Source of the DNA: Basidiobolus meristosporus CBS 931.73
Lineage: Eukaryota; Fungi; Basidiobolomycota
DNA length: 64,000 nt
Assembly: GCA_002104905.1 (NCBI GenBank)
Contig: MCFE01000219.1
Location: 1-64,000, forward strand
Reading direction: 5' to 3'
Below, piece by piece: positions 12,900-24,425 of the stretch. A program made the translations under genes and the position numbers. The stretch's first letter is position 1. Every line of letters starts with the position of its first letter. The notes under the pieces are model-generated. The model did not search any database. It had not been told where the DNA came from and saw only the letters and a list, made by a program, of their open reading frames with translations.

Positions 12900-13792
12900 A
12901 ATCCTAATATGACTTACTCATCTGAATAGCCTTTTCTCATGAATCCCATCACTACCACTGGACTGCTTTTTGACACACAAGAGGAGATCTATACCATGTA
13001 TTGTGGACCATCCACACCAATCTACTCAAGGAGATCCCCTGTTAAGCTTCTCAGCTATTACAAGAACTATTGCCCTACAAGGTTTCATCCAACCATCCAT
13101 GGCAACAAAAGTCCTAGAAGCTTTCATTCCTGGCTGAAGGCAATGGAGAACCATCTTGTATAGGGTATGAATGACTTAGAGCAAGCTTGTAATACAAGGT
13201 TCAGAAGCTCCAATAGACTTCCATATCCCAGAATGCTCAGCAATAGATTTTCAATCAGGAGTTTTTTGGACTCCTTCCCAGTCAGGATTAACAGTCCTCA
13301 TTGATGGCAGTGGCACTTTTATTTTAGCAAATGCAAGACACACTCTAAGAACTTTCAAGCACTGTCTGACACTGAGGGTAAAGTCATCTGGCTTAGTGGG
13401 CCATTTGCTGTAAGTAAGTATGATAAAGAACTCTGGGTAGAGAATTGTCCCAAATTTAGTAGAGGGAAGAAATATATGGCAGGTTTAGCTTATATAGAAG
13501 AGGATTGCCACAGATTGGATTTATTACAGCTTATAGGGAGCCAAGGAATGGTGTGCTTTGCAGGAAGCAGAAGCTCTACAATGAGATATTTAATCATTTC
13601 AGAGTAAGAGTAGAACCTATATTTGGATATTCAAAGAGATTCAGCATATTGGCAGGTAAATACAGAGGAAAGTTGTATATAGGAGTAAGCAGCAGAATAG
13701 ATATAATGATTAAGATACTTATTAATGCACAGTATATTCATACAAGAAGACACTCACAGAAAGAAATGAGTCTGAAGAGTTATGAACAGTAG
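12900..13792 (+). pseudogene. DDE_Tnp_4 (IS5/ISL2EU/Harbinger-type) transposase remnant
   Basis: Translated across one stop and a frameshift it reads FLDSFPVRINSP...FYFSKCKTHSKNFQALSDTEGKVIWLSGP...KYD...KYMAGLAY...FITAYREP...QKLYNEIFNHFRVRVEPIFGYSKRFSIL. Confidence 0.8.
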
Positions 13793-13828
13793 TCAAAGCA
13801 AGAAAAGCACCATTCTGTGCAACATAAG

Positions 13829-16800
13829 CCTTGTGAAAAATAATTTGTTCCTGCAGATGGATCTAATCCAGATCAGCCATCAATATCCCATCAGGAGATC
13901 ATCAAATACCAGCAGCTTGGAATTGATAACCCTCAACATAATCTTATGAAAAGATCACAACAGTATTTGGCTAAGTTTTCTGCTAAATAAAGCTAAAAAC
14001 ATGACAGCGTTTGAGCGGTGTTTTGCCAAGGGTGGGATGGCATTGTTGTGGTCTTAGTTTGCTCTACAAATACTTGTGTGCATTTAACTGGCCAGTACAT
14101 CTAATTGCCTTATATGGCAAGAAACTTGATGGTGTTTTAACAGCCTTGTTGCAAGCCTCAGATGGCATTATAACAGTAGTATTGCAGCCTACAGCTAGTT
14201 CTGTATAATGCTACTGCACCAATTAACCAAATGGTATTTCCTTTTTCTACCTCCCCTTGAGTAACCCATCTATTCCACTGTGGAGTCACCCATCTTTATT
14301 GGCTTACCCACAACTACCTTAGGTATTTCACATATAGTTTGAATCAAAAGTTACTATGGCCTCCTGCTTACAGACCTCTTTATACACACACCTGCCACAA
14401 TTGACATACATCTATCACCGCAACTTTATGGCTTTTTCATGTGATACTTGCAAAGTTGTCATATACCTTGTATTGCTGGTAACATATTAATCTTGCAAAC
14501 ATATGCTTGATTGCAACCACCTTGGCCATGAATACCTCCTGAATATCTGCAAAGAGCTTCTTGGAGTTTAGCCAATATATTCCTTCTCCCTGCTGGATTC
14601 TAGTCCCCCTTATAGGTGTGCTCTGGCTCTTGTTTGTGTGAATTCTGTAATGAATGGTGTAGAAGTTGGCTTGTGAACAAGAGAAATCTGACATATCCTG
14701 GAAGAGTTTTCCTGATAAAAATTATCTGCTTGATGCACCCAGCCCAGCTTTGCATTACTTAACTGATGACCCACACATTGGAGCTGCTTAGCTACTAAAT
14801 GAAGTAGGCATAGGTGCCACCATGTGCACATCTGTCCTCCATATTGTCCAGCTCTTCCTAGCTGTCCATCTTGTGCCAACTCATCACATCCATGATGGAC
14901 TTGAAGGTAGTATTATTGATGAAATTGTGATGTGGTAGTACCAGCAACTTGACTTGTCTTAATATCTTCCCACTCATCTGCTCCATAGGAAACTTCAGAA
15001 AGGTGAAGCAGGGCTCAATATTCTCAATACACCAAGCCAGATGAGGTAGTAAATGGATACAGTAGTGGCAGAGATCTACACATTCAGCTTTATGTTTGTA
15101 GTATAGTCACTCAAATCCCATCACCAACTCTTGGCACAAAAGCTGTAGATGCATCAAGCTGGCATTAGTGATCCACTTATGGATAAATATTATAGCAATG
15201 TCCGCATTTGACTCCCAATGCTTCCAACATACTCTTGGAAGAAATGACTTTAGAGTGCAACTTATATAAATACACATCCAGTTCATCCAATCCTTGCACT
15301 TGTTTTGATGCATATGAGTAAGAATGTTGATTGGAGTCTATGAGAAGTACCAAGGATAGCAGATACTCTGTAATATGTTGCCAATTCTTTCAAATTTCTC
15401 CAATATCTCAATGTGCTCAATTAGCATGATATGCCCCATGTACAACTTGGTCATCTGTATAGGGATATTGTTGAAAAGCAAGTGTATTGCTTCCAATAGA
15501 AGGCCTTTGCTCCAATAGATACCCTCTTTCTTAAGTATCTCTGGTTTTGGACTAGTCCTGTTTTTCAGTCAATGGCCTATAACTTGCCAATCTTGCTGCA
15601 AATGAATGCTTACATATGTATGTTCTCTCTGTAGGAGGTTGATATTCTTAGTGTTAGTGTTTGGGTAATAATCATGTGTGTGGGTTATGTTGTAAATTCC
15701 ATGTATCTCACACATTTGGCAGCCATACCATCCATTGTGCCAAGAAAAGCCAGCAATCCTGCTGATGGCTGGAGTATCTCCAATGCAGATAATTGTATTT
15801 GCTTTGACAATATGGCCATCTATTAATATCCAGCTGTAAGGCACACAAAATTCATCCAGCAATGGATACAGATAGCTAGCCATGTTGGACAGTGATTTAG
15901 GCCCAGATACCAGCAAGACCACCATCAGATTTAGGTTCTGATACCATAAGATAGGCAGCAGATTCAGGTTGATGAGAATTGGTGGCCAGCAGGATTTGCT
16001 GGTGGATTACTTTTTTAATGAGAATCCATCAAGTGCCAAGGCTAAGGCATGATCATGAATACCTTCAGAGTAGCCCTTGCTTCTTAGCTATTTGTAACTT
16101 TTGCCATCAAATATACTGGCTCTATTTGCACTTGATTGATAGTGAGTGTGGTATTTTATAGCCTCTCAATATTTGTTAAACTGCATGAGCTTCTTTAAAA
16201 AGTATTACCAGAATATATCTGGAGTGTGAACAATGTTTCCCCCAATGGTGGTGGATTCTAGACAAGTGGACACCTTGCAATGGTGGCATTTTCTGATGGG
16301 AATGCTGTGCAACTGCTAACCCACAATGGTATCAGGATGGTCTCTGGGTCACTTGTTGCCAACCACATAATGGTTGTCCATTTATGCCATGTACATGGTA
16401 AGTTGCACCCCAGGATGATTTTGGCAACAAGTAGTAGTAAATCCTCAAAGCCCCCATTACTGATGTTAGTGGAAACTCACCTTCATATATATGCTGCCAA
16501 AAAATAAAGCAAAGTTGTCAGGTTCCCAATTAAACCCCACTGCTGACAGCTGCAGAAGAATGGTTAGACAACAGCTTGCTTGGCAATCAGTGCATCAAGC
16601 AGGGCTACAACCAAAAATGGCACTGTGTACTATGTGACCACTGAAGGTCATAATGCAGGCTCTCAGTCAAGTGGGCAAGTGACAATCACTGTGGAGTCTC
16701 AAGCTGACCATAATGCTGAGGCAGATGAGAATATTGCACAAGCAGTACATTCAGTTGAAGACCAGCAAGAGCCTGTTGTATCATCACCACCACCTGTATT

Positions 16801-18430
16801 AGCAAGTATATTGTCAGCACATAATGAAGCATTAATGAGGCAATTAGGTGCGGTGGCTGACATGATAGATGCAATGGCTCAGAGAAATCATGAAATAGTC
16901 TAGACACAGGATGAGTGGATAATATGTGTAAAGCAATCAATATCCCAGGTAGAGAGAGCAGTATCTTTGCATCAAAGCAAGAAATCAAGTAGCTAAATAT
17001 CACAGCCAAGAATTGAGTCATTTCCTGATATAACAGCAGAGAAACACCATACAGTCATTGAAGCATAACAACAGTGCCCAAGGATAAAGCTTACAGAAAA
17101 ACCTACCACAGCATGGGAGGGAGAAGCTGTGGTGTCTATGCCAAATCCTAAAAATCAAAAGATATTAATGATGCATGAAGCCATTGAGTGCAATGATGAA
17201 GAGTGGGCTAATATTTGAGAGGCCATTAGATGTCTAACATGCCTGTACCTTAAGGCCAGCATACCATGGGGCCATCAGGAGCTCAAGGCAAAGTAGAATG
17301 CACTTGACTTGTTCCATTACCATTATTCTTGATTCAAATAAGCAAGCAGATTTTGGGCCAGCATTGGTTTACTATCAAAGTATCTCAAGAATAGCAGAAA
17401 CTACCAAAGGTACACAAACAAGGGTTGAATGGCTAAAAAGCAGTGGCTTCCTCAAGAGCCTGCAACAAGCAGGGCCAAAAGCTCCAAATAAGCATCAAAG
17501 AGATATCAGGTGGCTGGAAGAGTGCTAATGAGGGATGGGCAGGCAGACACAGATGCACCAGCACAACATTCATCAAGGAAAAAGCTTAGTTCCACCAAGG
17601 AAGCACTCTGCCAAAGTTGCATTGAAGGACCTGGCAGTGATAAAAACCAGCAGCTACCTCAAGAGCCTGTCACAGCATGGGCTGAGAGCTCAAAATAAGC
17701 AGGAAAGAGTGTCAGATTGCCTGCAGAGTGCCAGCAAGGGATAAGCAGGCCAAACAGGTGCATCAAAGCAGTTTTTAGCAAGGAGAAAATGTATTTCAAT
17801 ACAATAAGCACTCTGAAAAAGTAGCAGTAAAAGACCTGGCAGTGATAAAGGGAAAGGGAGAAAAGTGTACCTAAGTCAGTGACATGAAATCATGAGAAAG
17901 AAGCTGCAGTTCTTGCAAATTATTGCTGTAAGCTTGGAAAAGACTGAATTCCGTCATAGCCAAGAAGAATTAACAACAAGAAAGCAGCTGTTTTGACAAG
18001 AGTTAGAAGTGCAGCCAGTTGAGCTACACTCCAGTGAGGTAAATGAGTTTGCAGAGAAAGGGAGTTGTCTACCACTGCCTCCACATTCTTCATTGATGAC
18101 TGAGTGTAGATCACACTGACAGACAAAGCAACAGTGTCAAAAACTCAAAAGGTTATCACAATCCCTTCAGTGAAGCTGTAGAACATTAATAAAAACACCA
18201 AGAGGTTGCCGCACTTCTTCAAGAGCAGCACTCAAGAAAATACACTTGAATATTCCAAAGATCTATTGCAAAGACTGGCAGATGAGGTGCTAGACCTTGT
18301 AGTGCCAGCTAAGGGCCAGGATGTTGGGAACTAGTGAGTGAACAGTGGCATAAAGCTGTAGGGTTCCTGCCAAAGTCATGGAAACAGTGCAGTATAGCAG
18401 ATATACTTATCAAGTGGTAATTTTGATGGA
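13829..18430 (-). mobile_element. CACTA/EnSpm copy: type A end, tnp2 transposase pseudogene (minus, ~14000-16540) and divergent gene A (plus, ~16580-18430); the far end is missing
   Basis: TIR CCTTGTGAAAAATAATTTG at 13829. Transposase_21 motifs VSGPKSLSNMASYLYPLLDEF and CIGDTPAISRIAGF...C..C. Homologous to 19852-22345. Confidence 0.8.
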
Positions 18431-18469
18431 GTTACTTGTTGAGTGTGGGATTGGGCTGGCTGATTTGGA

Positions 18470-19288
18470 CAAAATAAGTAAATAACTTTTATGAGGACAG
18501 CTTTACCAAAGTGTGCTAGGCTTCTTTGGTCACAAGACAGTTTTTACACCATTTGGTACAAAATTCACAAAAAGAAGAGCCAGAGAGCGCTTATAAGGGG
18601 ACTAGAATCCAGCAGGGAGAAGGAATATATTGACTAAATACCAAGAAGCTTGTTGCAAATATTCAAGTGGTATTTGTGACAAAAGTGGTAGCAACCAAGC
18701 ATATGTTTACAGGATATATATGCTATCAGCAATACAAGTCATATAGTAACTTGGCAAGCATCACACTGAAAACCCATAAAGTTGAGGTAATAGAAGCATG
18801 TTAATTGCAGTGGGCCTATGTGTATGAGGAGGTTAGTCAGCAGGAGGTCATAGTTTTTTTGATTTGAACTATATGCAGTGTATCCAAGGGAACAGTGGGT
18901 GCAGTAGCATTATACAGAACTAGTTGTAGGCCACTCTACTGCCATTAGAATGCCAGCAGAGATTTATACTGAGGCAGTCAGAACACCATCAAGCCTCTTG
19001 CCATATAAAGCAACTAGATGTATCAGCCAGTTAGGTCTGCTCAAATAAATGTAGAGTGCATTAAGACTGTCAGAAAGCTGTACAATTCTTGTCAAAAGAC
19101 TGCTAAAACACCATCAAGTTTTTACTTTATTTGGCAATAAATTCTGCAATTGCTATCTCAATCCCATCATAAGAATGTGTAGAGGATCAATATTTCCAAG
19201 CTGCCAGTATTGTGATGGCCTTATTGCAGGATCCTGACAGTGGATCCAGATTGGATCCACTTGCTGGACCATATTATTTTTCATAGGG
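18470..19288 (+). mobile_element. 3' fragment of another CACTA copy, ending in a type A terminus
   Basis: Homologous, inverted, to 13829-14750. Ends ...ATTATTTTTCATAGGG at 19288. Confidence 0.7.
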
Positions 19289-19329
19289 TGACCCCATATC
19301 CCTCAGAACAGTACCCTGCATGAGCCTAG

Positions 19330-19851
19330 CACAATCTTACTATGCAATGAGACAGCACTTGTAGAGAAGATGCTAAGGATACTATATGGAGCCAAGTGAG
19401 CCCAGTAGTCCATTTACTGGTGAATGATGCAATGTTGTGGCTAGAGAAGTGGCATGCTTCCACCAATATCAATAATGGAGGCTTTGAGTATTCACTGCTA
19501 CTTCTTGCCAAAATTATCATGGCATGCAACTCTACATGTACTTGGCTCAAATGGAAAATTGTTATGCAGCAGGCAGCATATGGCCCAGAGACTGCCCTGA
19601 TACCAGTTTATTTTAACTGGTGTATGGCATTAACATCAGTAAATGCCACCATTACCAGGTGTCCCACTTATTAGGATTCCACCTCCACTTGAGGAAACAT
19701 TGTTCACACCTCAGATATATTCCAGTGATTCCCCATCTAAGGAAGCTCATGCAGTTAACAAGTATTAAGAGGCTATAAAGTACTGAATTTAGTTCAATCA
19801 AGTGCAAACATTTTTAATATACTTGATGGCAAATATTACAAACAACTAAGA
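19330..19851 (+). pseudogene. N-terminal part of the tnp2 transposase of the host CACTA copy (continues at 31791)
   Basis: Homologous to the reverse complement of 16090-16480 and contains RYIPVIPHLRKLM. The sequence CTAAGA resumes as (GA)AGTAAAGGCTAC after 31790, as in the uninterrupted copy. Confidence 0.75.
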
Positions 19852-20218
19852 CCCTATGAAAGATAATTTGGTCCCACAGGTAGATCCAATCCAGATCATC
19901 TGTTAAGATCCCATTTAGAGACCATCATAATAACAGCAGCTTGCAATTAGTGACCCTCCTGACAATCTTATAACAAGATCATGACGGTGATTTGCAAATT
20001 TTACAGCCAAATAAACAGATAAAACTTGACAATTTTTGATTGGTGCTGTGACAATATTCGCATGGTATTGTTGCAGTCTTTCAGCGCTCTATTACTACTT
20101 TAAGTGGATCCAGTTGGCCAGGACTTCTAATTCCCTAATATGGCAAGAAACTTGACGGTGTTTTGATGGCCGCACAGCAAGACTCTGATGGCCTTTTCTT
20201 GGCAGTATGACTTATGAA

Positions 20219-22304
20219 TTACAAGACTATGGCATCCTGCTGACTAACTGTTACATATGTGCACACCTGCTGCAATTGACGTACTTTTATCACCTCAACT
20301 TTAAGGCTTTTTAGTGTGATACTTGCAAAGTTGCCATGTACCTTGTACTGCTGGTAGCATATACATCTTGTAAACATATGCTTGGTTGTTGCCACTTCTG
20401 CAATGAATACCTCCTGAATATTGGCAAAGAACCTCTTGGTATTTAGCCAATATATTCCTTCCCCCTGCTGGATTCTAGTACCCCTTATAGGTGTGCCCTG
20501 GCTTTTGTTTGTGTGAATTCTGTATTGAATGATGTATAAGTTGGCTTGTGACCACAAGAAATCTGGCATATCTTGGTGGAGTTTTCTTGATAAAAATTAG
20601 TTGCTTGTTGCACCCAACCCAACTTTGCATTACTTAACTGATTACCCACACATTGGGGCTGCTTAGCTTTGTTATGATCTGCCGCTTGAATGTTTAAGTT
20701 AGATCAGTTTTTAGTCAAATCAATTAGTATATGTTTAGGTTATCACTATATCAGTTTTATTTATGAAATCAGTAGCATTAGTCAGCAAATGAATCAGCAG
20801 ATCCTTATTAGACAGAAATAGATATATTAAGTAAGATCTTATTGGGTGATGATGATGCAATCAAATGAGTCATCAGCCACAACCTACATTAGGAAATACA
20901 ATTAGTCAGCAATAGATCTGGCAGAATGTATATAAGGAGCTGTTGGAACCTCAATAAAAATCAGTTCAAGTTTTAGTGAATACAATACTAGCTAAACTCC
21001 CTATTCCTCTACAACTCTTATACCAAGACTTGTAACAGCTTCTTAATACCACAAGCATTTGTGTCTCCATGTGCACATTTGTCCTCAGTATTTTCCAACT
21101 CTTTCTGGCTGTCCTCCATGTGCCAACTCATCACATCCATGACAGACTTGAAGGTAATATTCTTGATGAGATTGGGATATGGTAATACCTGCAACTTGAC
21201 TTGTCTTCCTATCTCCCTACACATCTGCTCTACAGGAAACTCCCAAAAGGTGAAGCAAGGCCTGATATTCTCCGCACTCCATGCAAGATGGAGTAGAGAA
21301 TGGAAACAGTAGTGGCGGAGATCTACACGTTCAGCTTTACGTTTGTAGTACAGTTGCTCAAATACCATTGCAAACTCCTCACACAACAGCTGTAGATGTG
21401 TCAAGTTGGCATTGGTTATCTGCTTCAGGATAAATATTCCTACAATGTCCACATATGACTCCCAATGCTTCCAATGTACTCTTGGTAGGAATGGCTTCAG
21501 AACACCACTTGAATAAATACATATCCAGTTCATCCAGTCTTTGCATTTGTATTGTTGCATATGCATATGAATATTAATTGGAGCCTGTGAGAAGTACTTA
21601 GGGTAGCAGATACTCTGTAATATCTTGCCAATTCTTTCAAATTTATCTGGTATCACAAAGGGCCCATTTAGCTTGAAGTGCCCCATGTACAACTTGATCA
21701 GTATAGGTATATTGTTGAAAAGCAAATGCATTGCTCACAGTGGAAAGCTTTTGCTCCAAGAGATACCCTCTATCTTAAGTATCTCTGGTTTCCAATTGAT
21801 TCCATATTCTGGCCAATGGCTTATAGCTTGCCAACTTTGCTGCAATTGCATACTTACTTCTGTATGTTCTCACTGTGGAAAGATGATATTCTTAGTGCTG
21901 GTGTTTGTGTAATAATAATATGTGTGAGTTATAGAGTGAATCCCCTGGATCTCACACATTTGACAGTAATACCGTCCATTGTGCCTGGAAGAACCTGCTA
22001 TCTTGCTGATGGCTGGGGTATCTCCAATGCAGATAATAATATGCGCTTTTACATGACGGCCATTTACTGTTATCCTGCTGGAAAGCATACAAAATTCATC
22101 CAGCAATGGATACAGGTAGCTATCCAGGTTGGATGGTGACTTAGGCCCAGATACCAGTGACACTACCATCAGATTATTGCTCTGATACTGTAAGATGGGT
22201 GGCAGATTCAGATTGATGAGAATCAGTGGCCAGCAGGATTTGCTGGTAGAGTACTTGCTTAATGAGAATCCATCAAGTGCTAAAGCAAAGGCATGGTCAT
22301 ACAT
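20219..22304 (-). pseudogene. Transposase_21 (tnp2) CACTA transposase, 5'-truncated, frameshifted and split by a solo LTR
   Basis: ALALDGFS...SCWPLILINLNLPP...VSGPKSPSNLDSYLYPLLDE...GDTPAISKIAG...C..C, and HSLLHLAW...PCFTFWEFPVEQ. Confidence 0.9.
20670..21037 (+). repeat. Solo LTR of the Gypsy family at 714-10367
   Basis: TGTTATG...TGTAACA with 4-bp TSD GCTT (20666-20669, 21038-21041). Confidence 0.95.
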
Positions 22305-22530
22305 ACCCTCAAAGTAGCCCTTGCTTCTAGGCTATTTGTAATGTTTTGGACAAGGAAGATATCCAAAAGATTATGGAAACTTTTGGCAAAGATGACGTTT
22401 ATGTTGCAAACTCTTTGTTTAGTGCTGTTACAAATGTTGCTGCCTTAAATAAATAATTGTTGTGTGCATGATCATATCAACTTTTGATTATTATACTTTT
22501 TAAAAAGTGTTTTTTATCAGATGTTAATAT

Positions 22531-23038
22531 TTTAGATCAAACATATCTTATATTAAACTTGAGCGTATAAAACTTTCTGGTTTAAAACAAACTTATCTTG
22601 GATCAAACCTAAACGTCTAAACCCGTTTTAAAACTAAATAACATATCTTATATTAAACTTGAGCGTATAAAACTTTTTTAACACAAACTTATCTTGGATC
22701 AAACCTAAACATCTAAACCTGTTTTAAAACATACTTATCTTGGATCAAACCTAAATGTCTAAACCTGTTTTAAAACAAACTAACTTATGTTAGATATAGC
22801 TCATCTTGGATCAAACTAACTAGCTTTTCTCATATTAAACTTGAGCGTATAAGACTGTTTTAAAACTAACTAAATCATCTTATATTAAACTTGAGCATAT
22901 AAAACTTTTTTAAAACTAACTAACTCATCTTATATTAAACTTAAGCGTTTAAAGCTAACTAACTCATCTCATATTAAGCTTGAGTGTATAAAACTTTCTG
23001 GTTTAAAACTAACTAACTCATCTTGGATCAAACCTAAA
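22531..23038. repeat. AT-rich array of two interleaved motifs
   Basis: TATTAAACTTGAGCGTATAA-like motif at 22551, 22651, 22833, 22883, 22933 and 22972. ATCTTGGATCAAAC at 22595, 22691, 22737, 22803 and 23020. Confidence 0.95.
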
Positions 23039-23119
23039 CTTCAATGCCTAGAATACTTCTGTCTTCCATGCCTACACCTTTTAAAAAATAACTTCTTACC
23101 TTCTTCAACCATTCCCCAT

Positions 23120-23827
23120 TTATGGATACCACACTATTGGCATTGTCTCCATCTCATATACCAACATCTCATTCACCCTTATAAATATATTCTCCTCCTC
23201 AAACTTTTTATCCAACCCATTCATATCCCCTATCTTCCCCACTTTTATCAAATACTTTGACCCTACGCAATCTTCTAAATTTATTGCATCCTTCCCTATT
23301 AATATCATTTCTATTCTCCCTCCCCTCTTCATATATATATACTTTGACAGCTCCCTTGTAAACTCTTCCCACAATATTCTATGATTCGCCAAAAATTTAT
23401 CACAATTCACCCCTACCATAAATCCTACGTTTATCATAAACACCCCCTGTGATACCCATTGTCTTAACATCTCTTTTGGCTCTGACATATCTACCTCATA
23501 CTCTAACCCTACTTTCTTTGCCATTAATATTGCCTCCATTGGATTCTTCCTACACTCCAATGACGGCATTAACCCTATCCCTAACGCATACTCTACCCCT
23601 GTCACATTACACGCACTATTATACGGCTCTTTACACACTATTACCACCTTTATCTTATCCGGTTCCATCAGTCTTAACATCCTAAACACATTTTTCTTCT
23701 TTGGCAACACTTCCAATTTTGACTCTTTTAACGTCTTTAATACTCTCCCCAGTATATCCATGATTTTCTCAAAAAATTCTTCCCACCCTTTTATCATCAT
23801 GAATATTCCACCTACCAAATCTTCCAT
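23120..23827 (-). CDS. Uracil-DNA glycosylase family-1-fold protein with degenerate catalytic motifs (~235 aa, intronless; probable ATG at 23827)
   Basis: Collinear UNG hallmarks VLP...VF, DKIKVVIVCKEPY, TG, MPSL, WVSQGVFMIN, H...WEEFT, MILIGKDA, F...N..L and PIVW. GQDPY is replaced by CKEPY and HPSP is absent. Confidence 0.85.
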   Translation of the reverse strand: MEDLVGGIFMMIKGWEEFFEKIMDILGRVLKTLKESKLEVLPKKKNVFRMLRLMEPDKIKVVIVCKEPYNSACNVTGVEYALGIGLMPSLECRKNPMEAILMAKKVGLEYEVDMSEPKEMLRQWVSQGVFMINVGFMVGVNCDKFLANHRILWEEFTRELSKYIYMKRGGRIEMILIGKDAINLEDCVGSKYLIKVGKIGDMNGLDKKFEEENIFIRVNEMLVYEMETMPIVWYP

Positions 23828-24180
23828 CCTTGATGACAAATATACCAAACTTTACCTCCAAAAACTTATCAATAATAATAATACCTCCGTTCTTGTTAAA
23901 AATAATATTATTTTTACCAACAAACAAAATCAAAACCTTTTTTATTTACTAAATTCCGTCAAAAATTCCTTTATACCAATGCACCCAATTTTTCTGCATC
24001 CACCACCAACAACGCCCTCTGCAAATACCACGGCGCCAACAACGTCCTCATCCTTGAATCTCAGCTCCGCTCTGCCGACAAAGGTAGCAACTTAGTCCAG
24101 TAAAGAGACTGCAAAGCTCACAAGAATCCAATCTAAGTTCTACAAGAAACTACCACTTTTCTGTTGGAAAAGTCCCCTCT

Positions 24181-24367
24181 AAGAAACCCCTTTACTCTTA
24201 AGACACCCATTAGAGACTCTTTTAAGAAGCCCCTTTAGGCACCCCTTTAGTGTAAAGTCCACTTTAGAGACCACTACAAGAAGCCCCTTTACTCTAAAGA
24301 CACCCCTTTAGACACCCCTTTTAGTCTTAAGACCCCTTTAGAGACTTCTACAACACACCCCTTTAGG
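24181..24367. repeat. Imperfect tandem array with ~8 CCCCTTTA units
   Basis: Read directly. Higher-order unit AAGAA(A/G)CCCCTTTACTCT(T/A)AAGACACCC. Confidence 0.9.
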
Positions 24368-24425
24368 TTAATCATAGTGTGGAGATTCTGGAAAGAGAGG
24401 CTCTCCCTTTATTTTTCAGCTGGGG

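Noticed and set aside
22531-23038. Possible CRISPR array
   Set aside because: There are no unique constant-length spacers: the intervening sequence is itself repeated. No cas genes are present and the context is eukaryotic.
23449-24095. Plus-strand ORFs 23449-23685 and 23760-24095
   Set aside because: They are L/T/P/S/N-rich shadows of the purine-rich minus-strand coding sequence, with no recognisable motifs.
24181-24367. Telomere-like repeat
   Set aside because: The unit is CCCCTTTA(G/C), not (T)TTAGGG or its complement, and it is irregularly spaced.
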